From an uncultured Chloroflexia bacterium (lineage in GTDB: Bacteria; Chloroflexota; Limnocylindria; Limnocylindrales; CSP1-4): a stretch of DNA of 64,000 nt. The DNA lies in the NCBI GenBank assembly GCA_963707395.1, contig CAVPPQ010000008.1:2747-66746 (forward strand), read 5' to 3'. Within the stretch, counting starts at the first letter, position 1. Every line of letters begins with the position of its first letter. Positions 27,655-36,243 of this stretch are shown here, piece by piece. A model generated the notes under the pieces. It saw only the letters and a list, made by a program, of their open reading frames with translations. It ran no database searches and was not told the DNA's origin. The translations under genes were made by a program, and so were the position numbers.

Positions 27655-29050
27655 ATGCCCCAGGTGACCATGCCCCAGCTCGGCGAAGGCGTCGAGCAGG
27701 GGACCATCGGCAAGTGGCTGAAGGCCGTCGGCGACCACGTCAGGATCGGCGACCCGCTCGTCGAGGTCGTGACCGACAAGGTCAACGCGGAGGTCCCCTC
27801 GCCCTTCGAGGGCACGCTCACCAGGATCCTGGTCGCCGAGGGCGAGACGGTCGCCAACGATGCGGTGATCGCAGAGATCGAGGCCGCGGGAGCCGTGGCT
27901 CTCGACGTTCCTCCGGCCGCTCCCGTCGCCAAGGCCGATCCGGTGGCCGCAGCCTCCAGCCGCACCAGCTCCCGCAGCTCCAGCCGCACCAGCTTCCGCG
28001 GCTCCGGCGACCGCCGTTCCAGTCTCCGCCGCTCCCGCCCCCGTGGAGCCGACCCGCGCCGCTCCCGCGGCACCTGTCCACGTCCCCGCCGGCATCCGCA
28101 TGACGCCCGCCGTCCGGCAGCTCGCCCGACAGCACGGGGTGGACGTCACCACGATCGCAGGCTCCGGCATGGGTGGCCGGATCACCCGAGCCGACATCGA
28201 GCGGGCTGCCGCTGGCAGCCCCGACGCGAGCCGTCCGCCGGCCGCCGGACGGGTGGCAGCCGCCTCCGCCGCCGCGGTCGCCCCAGCCGCCGCAACGGCC
28301 CCCGCTCCCGAAGCTGCGCTCGGCACCCCGGGCTCGCCCGTGCGCGAGGGCGATTCACTCAAGCAGCTCTCGCCGATGCGCAAGGCCATCGCGGCCCAGA
28401 TGACGCGCTCGCTGGAGGTGCCCGCGGCTTACATCACGATCGAGGTCGACATGACGCCGGTCGTGCGCGCGCGCGCGGCTGTCAATGACGCCTACAAGGC
28501 CCGCGAGGGCATCGGCCTCAGCTACGTGGCCTACGTCACCATGGCCTGCGTCGAGGCCCTGCGCACACACCTCGACCTCAATGCCCACTGGACGCCGGAG
28601 GGCCACTGGCGGCGCCGGGACATCAACATCGGCATCGCGGTGGCCGTCACCGATGGCCTCGTGGTGCCGGTCATCCACAAGGCCCAGGATCTCAGCCTCC
28701 ACGCGCTCAACGCCGCCATCAACGACCTGGCCGCCCGGGCCCGGAGCAAGAGACTCCGCCCGGAGGACCTGCAAGGCGGCACCTTCACGGTGGACAACAC
28801 CGGCTGGACCGGCTCCATCCTCACGTTGCCCATCATCAACGTGCCGGAGGTGGCCATCGTGACGATGGAGAAGATCGTCAAGCGGCCCGTCATCCTGGAG
28901 CAGCAGGGCGACGCCATCGCCGTCCGTTCGATGATGAACATGTGCATCGCCATCGACCATCGCGCCACCGACGGCGCCCAGGCCGGGGCCTTCCTGGCCG
29001 ACGTGGCGGGCTGGCTCGGCTCGGTCTCCGAGCAGACCCCCATCTGGTAA
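27655..29050 (+). pseudogene. Dihydrolipoamide acyltransferase (E2) of a 2-oxoacid dehydrogenase complex, with a frameshift in the Ala/Pro linker near 27950-27955 (one extra base)
   Basis: The lipoyl domain (MPQLGEGVEQGTIGKWL..VVTDKVNAEVPSPFEG) is in frame 1. In frame 2, the linker PPAAPAPAAPAAPASAAP, the E3-binding domain (MTPAVRQLARQHGVDV..GSGMGGRITRADIE) and the catalytic domain ([12 protein letters not shown]) read through to 29050. The 1396-nt span equals 465 codons plus 1 nt. AGGAG RBS lies before ATG 27655. Confidence 0.85.
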
Positions 29051-29054
29051 CGCG

Positions 29055-30113
29055 ATGGCTCGCGAGCTCCCCATCTTCACGTCGGCCGGCGGCCCACACG
29101 GCGACGGCAGCGGCCACGCCTACCAGCCGCTGACCATCGCCATGGGCGGCTCCGTGGACGCCTCCGGGCTGCGCGGACCGGACAAGGCGCGCCACCCGGA
29201 CTGGATCAAGGCCAGGATGCCCAGCGGCGCCAACTATGCGGAACTCAAGGACCTCGTGCGCGGCCAGATGCTCAACACGGTCTGCGAGGAGGCCCGCTGT
29301 CCGAACATCGGCGAGTGCTGGGAGCAGCGCACGGCGACCGTCATGATCCTGGGCGACACCTGTACCCGCGCCTGCGGCTTCTGCGCCGTCAAGACCGGCC
29401 GACCCGACTGGCAGGACGCGGACGAGCCGCGGCGAGTCGCGGAGGCCGTGGCCGTCATGGGCCTCGAACACGTTGTCGTCACGAGCGTTTGCCGCGACGA
29501 CATGGCCGATGGGGGGGCGGCGGTCTTCGCGGCCACCATCCGGGAGCTGCGCCGCCTGGCCCCGGACACGGGCGTGGAGGTCCTCATCCCCGACTACCTC
29601 GGTTCCGACCTGCGCACGGTCATGGAGGCGGCCCCGGACATCCTCAACCACAACGTGGAGACCGTCGAGCGGCTCCAGAAGCCGGTCCGCAAGCGAGCCC
29701 GCTACGACCGCTCGCTGCAGGTCCTCGCGGATGCCAAGTCGATGGCGCTCGAGCTGGCCGGTCGCGCGGGCACGGTGCACACCAAGTCGAGCATCATGGT
29801 CGGCCTGGGCGAGCGGCGTGAGGAGCTCTCGCAGGCCTTCCGGGACCTGCGAGCCGTCGACTGCGACATCCTGACCCTGGGTCAGTACCTGCGGCCCACC
29901 CCAGCCCACCTGCCCGTCGAGCGCTACGTCCACCCCGACGAGTTCGCCGAGATGAAGGCCGAGGCGCTGGCCCTTGGCTTCAGGCATGTCGAGTCGGGGC
30001 CACTCGTGCGCTCCTCGTACCACGCCCGCGACCAGGTGCCACAGGAGGCTCGGCGGCAGCGCACCGCCCGTGGGGCCGCGCTGGCGGCCAACGGGCTGGC
30101 CACGGGAGGCTGA
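29055..30113 (+). CDS. lipA: Lipoyl synthase
   Basis: Contains [12 protein letters not shown] and the radical-SAM motif [10 protein letters not shown], plus the C-terminal SSYHA motif. It starts 4 nt after the E2 stop. Confidence 0.95.
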   Translation: MARELPIFTSAGGPHGDGSGHAYQPLTIAMGGSVDASGLRGPDKARHPDWIKARMPSGANYAELKDLVRGQMLNTVCEEARCPNIGECWEQRTATVMILGDTCTRACGFCAVKTGRPDWQDADEPRRVAEAVAVMGLEHVVVTSVCRDDMADGGAAVFAATIRELRRLAPDTGVEVLIPDYLGSDLRTVMEAAPDILNHNVETVERLQKPVRKRARYDRSLQVLADAKSMALELAGRAGTVHTKSSIMVGLGERREELSQAFRDLRAVDCDILTLGQYLRPTPAHLPVERYVHPDEFAEMKAEALALGFRHVESGPLVRSSYHARDQVPQEARRQRTARGAALAANGLATGG

Positions 30114-30169
30114 CCGGCCTGGGGTCCTCGCAGGCTCCCGCCGAACGCCCGGCACCAGCGTCCTGAGAG

Positions 30170-30694
30170 ATGCACGAGACGCCCGCCGACCTGGCGCGCT
30201 TGCAGGCCACCCTCGACCGGAGCTACGCGGCGGCTGGTCGGCACCTGCGCGATGTCATCACCCCTGACCGGCGCCTCTCCGCCGCGGATCTCGCGTCACA
30301 CCTGCAGGGCATGTGCCTGCTCGTGCTGGCCACGACCGCGCGGGACGGCCGACCGATGGCCGCGCCCGTCGACGGCCTCTTCTACCGCGGCGCCTGGCAC
30401 TTCGGCTCGGCGCCGGACTCGCGGCGCTTCGCCCACGTCCGCCGCGACCCACGTGTCAGCGCCGTGCACCTGCCCTCCGAGGCGCTTTCGGTGACGGTGC
30501 ACGGTCGGGCCACCATCCTGGACCTGGCCGCGCCCGAACACCAGGGCTTCCGGCGGGCACTCCTGGACGTCTACGTCCCGCGCTACGGCCCCGACTGGGA
30601 AGCCATCCTGGAGAGCGCCCTGTACGCTCGCATCGAGGCTGATCGCATGTTCACGTTCTGGATGCCTGAGACGGAGGACGGCTCGCCCCTCTGA
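30170..30694 (+). CDS. Pyridoxamine 5-prime-phosphate oxidase-family (split-barrel flavin/deazaflavin-binding) protein
   Basis: 174 aa. The pattern LATTARDGRPMAAPVDGLFYRGAWHFGS...VSAVH...LSVTVHGRA is typical of the PPOX-like fold. Confidence 0.75.
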   Translation: MHETPADLARLQATLDRSYAAAGRHLRDVITPDRRLSAADLASHLQGMCLLVLATTARDGRPMAAPVDGLFYRGAWHFGSAPDSRRFAHVRRDPRVSAVHLPSEALSVTVHGRATILDLAAPEHQGFRRALLDVYVPRYGPDWEAILESALYARIEADRMFTFWMPETEDGSPL

Positions 30695-30731
30695 CGGCAC
30701 AGGATCTCCGCGCTGCGCCAGGCCGGCGCCC

Positions 30732-31811
30732 TCAGCGGTCGAGGATGAGCCGGCGCGCGTTCTCGGCGTAGACCTTGCGCAGCACGTCGTCGGGCAGCCC
30801 CAGGCCGCAGATCTGCCAGCGCCCCTGCGGCGGCACCTCGTCGGTCGAGTAGTCGAAGGACTCGTCCAGCGTCTCCAGGAAGCGATAGTGGAGGCGGTAC
30901 ATCTCGGGGTCGTAGCCGAGGTCCGTGCCGAAGAGGATGCGATCGGCGTGGCGCAGGAAGAAGTCGCGCGCGGTGTACGGCTGGCGGCCCAGCTCGGCCA
31001 TGCGGGCCGACAGGTCGACGTGATAGTTGGGATGCCGCTCGAGCATCGCGCTGACAAGCGCCAGGTCCTCCGCCGCGCAGCCCACGTGGGCGCCGATGAA
31101 GGTCGTCCCGGGGTGCCGCCCGACGACCCGGTCGAAGGCGGCCAGGATCTCGTCGAAGGCCGGGAAGCCAGCCTCGGGGTCGGCCGCGTCCGACCCCCTC
31201 GGTGGCCAGAAGTGCCAGTCGGGATGGTCGGCGAGCTCCTCCCAGCGTTCGTTGTGCTCGTCGAGCGGGTCGAAGAAGGCCATGGGATCGGCGACGTGCA
31301 CGACCACGGGCAGGTTCAGGCGCGCTGCCGCCGCCCAGAAGGGGTCGAGCCGCTCGTCGTCCACCGCTACCAGCCGGCCCTGCGGGTCGCGAGCGCGCAG
31401 GCCGAGCGGCTTCCAGACCTTGACGCCGCGGGCACCCATCCCGGCTGCCTCCTCGAGGCGCTGCGCTTCCACGAGGCCGAAGTCGGGCCGCTCCGCCCAC
31501 TCGTCACAGGCCAGCCCGCTGAAGTGGACGAAGCGCGCGGGGTGCTGGCGACCGTACCTCGCGATGCGTTCGGCAAGCCCGGCACGCTGCTCCACGTCGA
31601 GGTCGATGACGGTCTCCACGCCGGCTTCGTCGAGGGCCGCCAGGAGCTCGGCGACGGGGCGCGCGTGCCAGCCATCGCTGAAGGCCGGCCCCAGGTGGTT
31701 GTGGGCGTCGATGACCGGGAAGCGCGGCCGCTCGATGCGGTGCTCGGGCAGGCGCAGGCTGCGCAGCGGCCGGTAGTCGACGAGTCTCATGTCGTTCGTG
31801 ATACCCCCCAT
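30732..31811 (-). CDS. Amidohydrolase-family metal-dependent hydrolase (Amidohydro_2 type TIM barrel)
   Basis: Contains VIDAHNHLG (HxH metal ligands), VVVHVADP and ILFGTDL. The alternative start is ATG 31790. It is the last gene of the CUT1 sugar ABC operon. Confidence 0.85.
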   Translation of the reverse strand: MGGITNDMRLVDYRPLRSLRLPEHRIERPRFPVIDAHNHLGPAFSDGWHARPVAELLAALDEAGVETVIDLDVEQRAGLAERIARYGRQHPARFVHFSGLACDEWAERPDFGLVEAQRLEEAAGMGARGVKVWKPLGLRARDPQGRLVAVDDERLDPFWAAAARLNLPVVVHVADPMAFFDPLDEHNERWEELADHPDWHFWPPRGSDAADPEAGFPAFDEILAAFDRVVGRHPGTTFIGAHVGCAAEDLALVSAMLERHPNYHVDLSARMAELGRQPYTARDFFLRHADRILFGTDLGYDPEMYRLHYRFLETLDESFDYSTDEVPPQGRWQICGLGLPDDVLRKVYAENARRLILDR

Positions 31812-31842
31812 GACGTCCCGGTCCCCGCGCGGGATCGCGCGC

Positions 31843-32688
31843 TCACTTGATGCTGCCTGCGGTGAGCCCGCCGACGAGCCACTTCTCGATGACGATGAAC
31901 AGGATCACGACCGGCACGATGGCGATGACGGACGAGGCGAAGAGGAACTGCCACTCCACGCGGTACTGGCCGATGAACGTCGTGACGCCCACGGTCAGGG
32001 GATGGATGTCAGGCGACTGGGCCAGCGTCAGGGCGATGACGAACTCGTTCCAGGCGGCGATGAAGGTGAAGATGGTAGCCGTCACGATGCCCGGCAAGGC
32101 CAGCGGCAGCGTCACCCGCCGCAGCACTCCAAGGCGTGTCGCGCCATCGATGGCGGCGGCCTCCTCGAGCTCGACCGGGATGGTGGAGAAGTAGGCCACC
32201 ATGATCCAGGTGCAGAAGGCCAGGTTGAAGGCGGCGTTGACGATGATGAGCGCCACGTAGGTGTTCACGCCTGCGGCCGGGAAGGTGTCGCCGATGGACA
32301 CGAACTCGCGGTAGATGCCGATGACCAGGGCTGTCGGTGCGAACATCTGGGTGACGAGCACGAGGAGCAGGAAGAGGAGCCGACCGCGGTACCGATAGCG
32401 CGCCGTGTAGTAGGCAGCCGGAAGCGCCACCAGCAGCACGAGCAGCGTGGCGAAGCCGGCGATGATGAGGCTGTTGCGGAGGTAGCCCCACAGGGGCGCC
32501 TCACGCCACACGCTCACGAAGTTGTCGAATTCGAAGCGTGAGGGCAAGTACTGCGCCGGGATCTCGTAGAGCTCCTTGGCTGGCGTGAGCGCCGTGATGA
32601 CCATCTGCAGGTAGGGCGCCAGGAAGAAGAAGGCCACCAGGACACCGACACCGGTGAGGAGCGCCTTGCGCAGCGGTGACATCGTCAT
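31843..32688 (-). CDS. Carbohydrate ABC transporter permease (MalG/CUT1 type)
   Basis: 281 aa with six TM segments and the EAA loop LEEAAAIDGATRLGVLRRVTLPLALPG. Confidence 0.9.
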   Translation of the reverse strand: MTMSPLRKALLTGVGVLVAFFFLAPYLQMVITALTPAKELYEIPAQYLPSRFEFDNFVSVWREAPLWGYLRNSLIIAGFATLLVLLVALPAAYYTARYRYRGRLLFLLLVLVTQMFAPTALVIGIYREFVSIGDTFPAAGVNTYVALIIVNAAFNLAFCTWIMVAYFSTIPVELEEAAAIDGATRLGVLRRVTLPLALPGIVTATIFTFIAAWNEFVIALTLAQSPDIHPLTVGVTTFIGQYRVEWQFLFASSVIAIVPVVILFIVIEKWLVGGLTAGSIK

Positions 32689-32689
32689 C

Positions 32690-33619
32690 TCAGGCCCGCC
32701 GCCAGTCCACCACGCGCAAGTAGAACAGTACGAAGAGGAGGATGACCAGCAGGTTGACGACCGACATCGCGGCCGACTGCCCGATGTCTTGGAAGCGGAA
32801 GGCCAGCTTGTACATGAACGTCGTCGTCGTGTCGGTCTGGAAGCCCGGTCCCCCGCCGGTCATGGCCCAGATGATGGGGAACGAGTTGAAGACGTTGATC
32901 ATGTTGATGATGGCGGCCACCAGCAGCGCCGGCCGCAGCAGCGGCAGCGTGATGTGCCGGTACGTCCGGGTGCCAGTCGCGCCGTCCACGCGGGCGGCCT
33001 CATAGATGTCCGCGGGGATGGACTGCAGGCCGGCCAGGATGACGTAGGTCGTGAAGGGCAGCGACACGAAGATGGCCACGGCCATGAGCCAGACGAAGGC
33101 GACCGACGGGGTGCCCAGCCAATCCGTGACCGGGTTGGCGATGAGGCCAAGATCGGAGAGGACGCGGTTCACGATGCCGTAGAAGCCGTCCAGCATCCAG
33201 CGCCAGATGGTCGCGGTCATGACGACCGATGCGGCCCACGGCACGATGAGCGCCCAGCGCACGAAGCGCCGCCCCGGGAAGGCCGCGTTGAGCAGGGCCG
33301 CCAGGCCCAGCGAGATGACGATGGTCACGCCGACCACCACGACGACCCAGGTGATGGTTCGCAGGAGGATGCCGGGCAGCTCTGGATTGGCGAACAGGTG
33401 CTCGTAGTTCGTGAGGCCCGCGAAGCCCCGGCTGACGCCGGACATGCTGATGTCCAGCGTGGATGTGCGCAGCATCTCGATGGCCGGCCACAGAACGACC
33501 CCGAAGATGAGCAGCAGCGCTGGCCCGATCCAGGGCAGGGGGCCCAGATCAGGCAGGCGCCGGCGCGGTCGGCCCTCCGGCGCGCGCGGCTGGCTCCTGG
33601 TGGTAGGCGCGTCAGTCAC
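32690..33619 (-). CDS. Carbohydrate ABC transporter permease (MalF/CUT1 type)
   Basis: 309 aa with the EAA loop IYEAARVDGATGTRTYRHITLPLLRP. Confidence 0.9.
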   Translation of the reverse strand: MTDAPTTRSQPRAPEGRPRRRLPDLGPLPWIGPALLLIFGVVLWPAIEMLRTSTLDISMSGVSRGFAGLTNYEHLFANPELPGILLRTITWVVVVVGVTIVISLGLAALLNAAFPGRRFVRWALIVPWAASVVMTATIWRWMLDGFYGIVNRVLSDLGLIANPVTDWLGTPSVAFVWLMAVAIFVSLPFTTYVILAGLQSIPADIYEAARVDGATGTRTYRHITLPLLRPALLVAAIINMINVFNSFPIIWAMTGGGPGFQTDTTTTFMYKLAFRFQDIGQSAAMSVVNLLVILLFVLFYLRVVDWRRA

Positions 33620-33712
33620 GGCTCAGGGTGCCTCGGAACGGATGCGGGGACCCCGGCCCGAGGGCCGGGATCCCCGCGTGTCCTTCACAGGTCGAGTGGT
33701 GCGGACGAGCCG

Positions 33713-34948
33713 CTACTCCGCGGTCGCTGTGGCCTGGATCTGGTCCAGGACCTGCTGCTTGTCCGTGCCCGCCAGGGCCGTGCCGAGGGTCTGCTGGATG
33801 GCGCCCTGGACGGCCGGCCAGGCGGCCTGGTCACTGGGGTAGAAGATGGCCGTGGGCAGGACCTCGATGAACGGGGCCAGGGCCGGGTCCGACGACATCG
33901 CCTCACCGGCCGAGATGGTGGCAGGGATGAAGCCACCGGCCGCCTCGAGGAACCCGGCATAGTTCTCGGGCACGAAGAGGAAGCTCAGGAACTTCTGGAC
34001 CGCCTCCTGGTTGCCTTCCTTCTTGAAGGCGAAGAAGTAGTCCTGCACGCCGACCGTGATGCTCTGCTTGCCGTCGTTGGCAGGCATGGGCGCGGCTCCC
34101 CAGTTCACCTCGCTCTGGAAGGTGTTGGTGAGCTCGCCGGGCAGGAAGACACTGCCGTTGGTCATCGCTGCAACGCCCTCGGCGAAGAGCGGCCAGGCAC
34201 CGGAGGTGCGGTCGGTCGTGCCGGGGTTGGGCTGGGTGCAGCCATTGTCCACGAGCGTCTGCAGGAACTCCAGCGTCTCGAGGTTCTCGGCGGAATTGAT
34301 GATCCACTCGCCATCACGGAAGTAGCCGCCGCCGTTGCCGCCGGCCCACATCAGGAACTCGGCCTGGGCCTCCTCCGGCCCCAGGGGCAGGGCCAGCGGG
34401 ATGATGCTCGGGTCGTAGGCCTTGATGGCATCGCAGGCCGCCAGCAGCTCGCTCCAGGTGGCTGGCGGCGCCGCCACGCCGGCCCCTTCGAGGATGTCCT
34501 TGTTGTAGAAGAAGAGCCGGTCGCTGGCGAGGTCGGCGACGGCGTACTCGACGCCGTCGTACTTCGAGTTCTCGCGGAACGCGGGCACGAAGTCCTCGAG
34601 GACCTCGGGCGTCACGATCTGGTCGGCCGGGTACAAGAGACCGTCCGCGGCGAAGTTGGCGAAGTAGTTGAGGTTCATGATGTCGGGCGGATCGCCCGCC
34701 GCGACGCGCGTGTTGAGGACGTCGTAGATGTCGTTCCAGCTGACCACCTGGACCGCGACGTCGATATCCGGGTTGGCCTCCATGAAGCGTGCCGCCAGGT
34801 CGTCGAAGTAGGGCTGCATGTTGTCCGTGTAACCGGACTGGATCATCTCGATGCTGGTCTTGTCCTGTGCGGCGGCCGGCAGCGCGCCGGCGACCACCAG
34901 CAGGCCGGCAGCGCCGAGACCCACGAAACGGGCGAGTCTCCTGGTCAT
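33713..34948 (-). CDS. Carbohydrate ABC transporter substrate-binding protein (SBP family 1)
   Basis: 411 aa. Signal peptide MTRRLARFVGLGAAGLLVVAGALPAAAQ, and RBS GGAGGAGGA lies before ATG 34948. Confidence 0.9.
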   Translation of the reverse strand: MTRRLARFVGLGAAGLLVVAGALPAAAQDKTSIEMIQSGYTDNMQPYFDDLAARFMEANPDIDVAVQVVSWNDIYDVLNTRVAAGDPPDIMNLNYFANFAADGLLYPADQIVTPEVLEDFVPAFRENSKYDGVEYAVADLASDRLFFYNKDILEGAGVAAPPATWSELLAACDAIKAYDPSIIPLALPLGPEEAQAEFLMWAGGNGGGYFRDGEWIINSAENLETLEFLQTLVDNGCTQPNPGTTDRTSGAWPLFAEGVAAMTNGSVFLPGELTNTFQSEVNWGAAPMPANDGKQSITVGVQDYFFAFKKEGNQEAVQKFLSFLFVPENYAGFLEAAGGFIPATISAGEAMSSDPALAPFIEVLPTAIFYPSDQAAWPAVQGAIQQTLGTALAGTDKQQVLDQIQATATAE

Positions 34949-34995
34949 CGTTCCTGATCCTCCTCCATCTGTCGGGCCGCGATGGTCACGGCCCC

Positions 34996-35026
34996 GGATG
35001 TCAGGACGTACGGACGTCCGGACATC
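34996..35026. promoter_or_regulatory. Candidate operator a: tandem GTCCGGAC-like octamers in a divergent intergenic region
   Basis: The sequence is ggatGTCAGGACGTACGGACGTCCGGACatc. On the minus strand it is preceded by TTGACAcctGTGGCA (35045..35031). Confidence 0.5.
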
Positions 35027-35175
35027 ATCCTGCCACAGGTGTCAACCCGAGGAGACCGTGACGGCCAACATCGCCCCCTCGACGGACCGTCTGGCTCGCC
35101 CTCGGCCCACCTGACGCTCGCACGATGACGGATTGCGGTGCGATCCGCCAGACCCTTGCGCGCTAGCATCTGGAT

Positions 35176-36240
35176 GTGCCTGCTGTCATGTCCCGCACGA
35201 TCCCGCTGACGGAGCTGCACTGCCACCTGGGCGGCGCCGTGACGCCGGCCATCATGTGGGGCATCGCGCACGCCCAGGGCATCCGGCTGCCCAGCAAGGA
35301 CTACTGGGCGTTCCGCGAGATGATCACGGTGTCGTCGCGGCGCGGGCGGTCCTTCGACGGCTACCTGCAGCTCTTCCACTGGACGGAGCTCATCCAGTCC
35401 TCGCCCCTGGCCGTGGAGCGGGCCGCCTACGAGGTCATCGGCGGCGCCTACCGCAAGAACCACGTCACCACCATGGAGTTGCGCTTCAACCCCATGAAGC
35501 GCAACCGGGGAGGGGAGCAGGACCTCGACCACATCATCAGCGCGGCCATCCGGGGGATGGACCGGGCGATGCTGGAGTACCCCGTGAAGCCCGGTCTCAT
35601 CCTCTGCCTCGACCGCGCCTTCCCCGTGCACCTCAACGAGATCATCGCCGAGAAGGCGATCGCCTACCGCGACCGTGGCGTGGTCGGCGTGGACATCGCC
35701 GGCCCTGAATCGGAGACCTTCCGTCCGGCCGACTACCGGGCGCTCTTCAAGCGCTGCCGCCGCAAGGGCCTGGGCATCACCGTCCACACCGGCGAATCCG
35801 GGCCCGTCGAGGAGATCGCCGAGGTCATCGAGGCCCTGGAGCCGGACCGCCTCGGGCACGGCGTCAAGGCCGCCTACGACGGACGCACCATGGGCCTCAT
35901 CCGCGAGCGCGACATCACCCTCGAGATCTGCCCGACCAGCAACCTCAACTCGCGGGTCGTCTCCGGCTGGGATGAGTTCCGCTGGATCTTCGACACGTTC
36001 CGGCGCCACGGCGTGCGCTACACCATCAACACCGACGGCCCGGAGATGCTCAAGACGTACATCCGCGACGAGTTGGCCTCGCTGGCACGCCACGGCATCC
36101 TGTCGGTCGAGGAGCAGGAGCAGGCCGCCGCGTGGGCACGGGAGGCCTCCTTCGTGCCCGGCGTCGCGGAGGCGGTGGTGGTGGCCCCGCCACGTCGGAC
36201 CCCGGCCACGCGTCGTCAGGTGGAGCGCGAGGAAGCCTGA
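35176..36240 (+). CDS. add: Adenosine/adenine deaminase-family protein
   Basis: Contains ELHCHLGGA (HxH), VVGVDIAGPE, ITVHTGE, LGHG and the catalytic INTDGP. The start is GTG 35176 or ATG 35188. Confidence 0.85.
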   Translation: MPAVMSRTIPLTELHCHLGGAVTPAIMWGIAHAQGIRLPSKDYWAFREMITVSSRRGRSFDGYLQLFHWTELIQSSPLAVERAAYEVIGGAYRKNHVTTMELRFNPMKRNRGGEQDLDHIISAAIRGMDRAMLEYPVKPGLILCLDRAFPVHLNEIIAEKAIAYRDRGVVGVDIAGPESETFRPADYRALFKRCRRKGLGITVHTGESGPVEEIAEVIEALEPDRLGHGVKAAYDGRTMGLIRERDITLEICPTSNLNSRVVSGWDEFRWIFDTFRRHGVRYTINTDGPEMLKTYIRDELASLARHGILSVEEQEQAAAWAREASFVPGVAEAVVVAPPRRTPATRRQVEREEA

Positions 36241-36243
36241 GGC

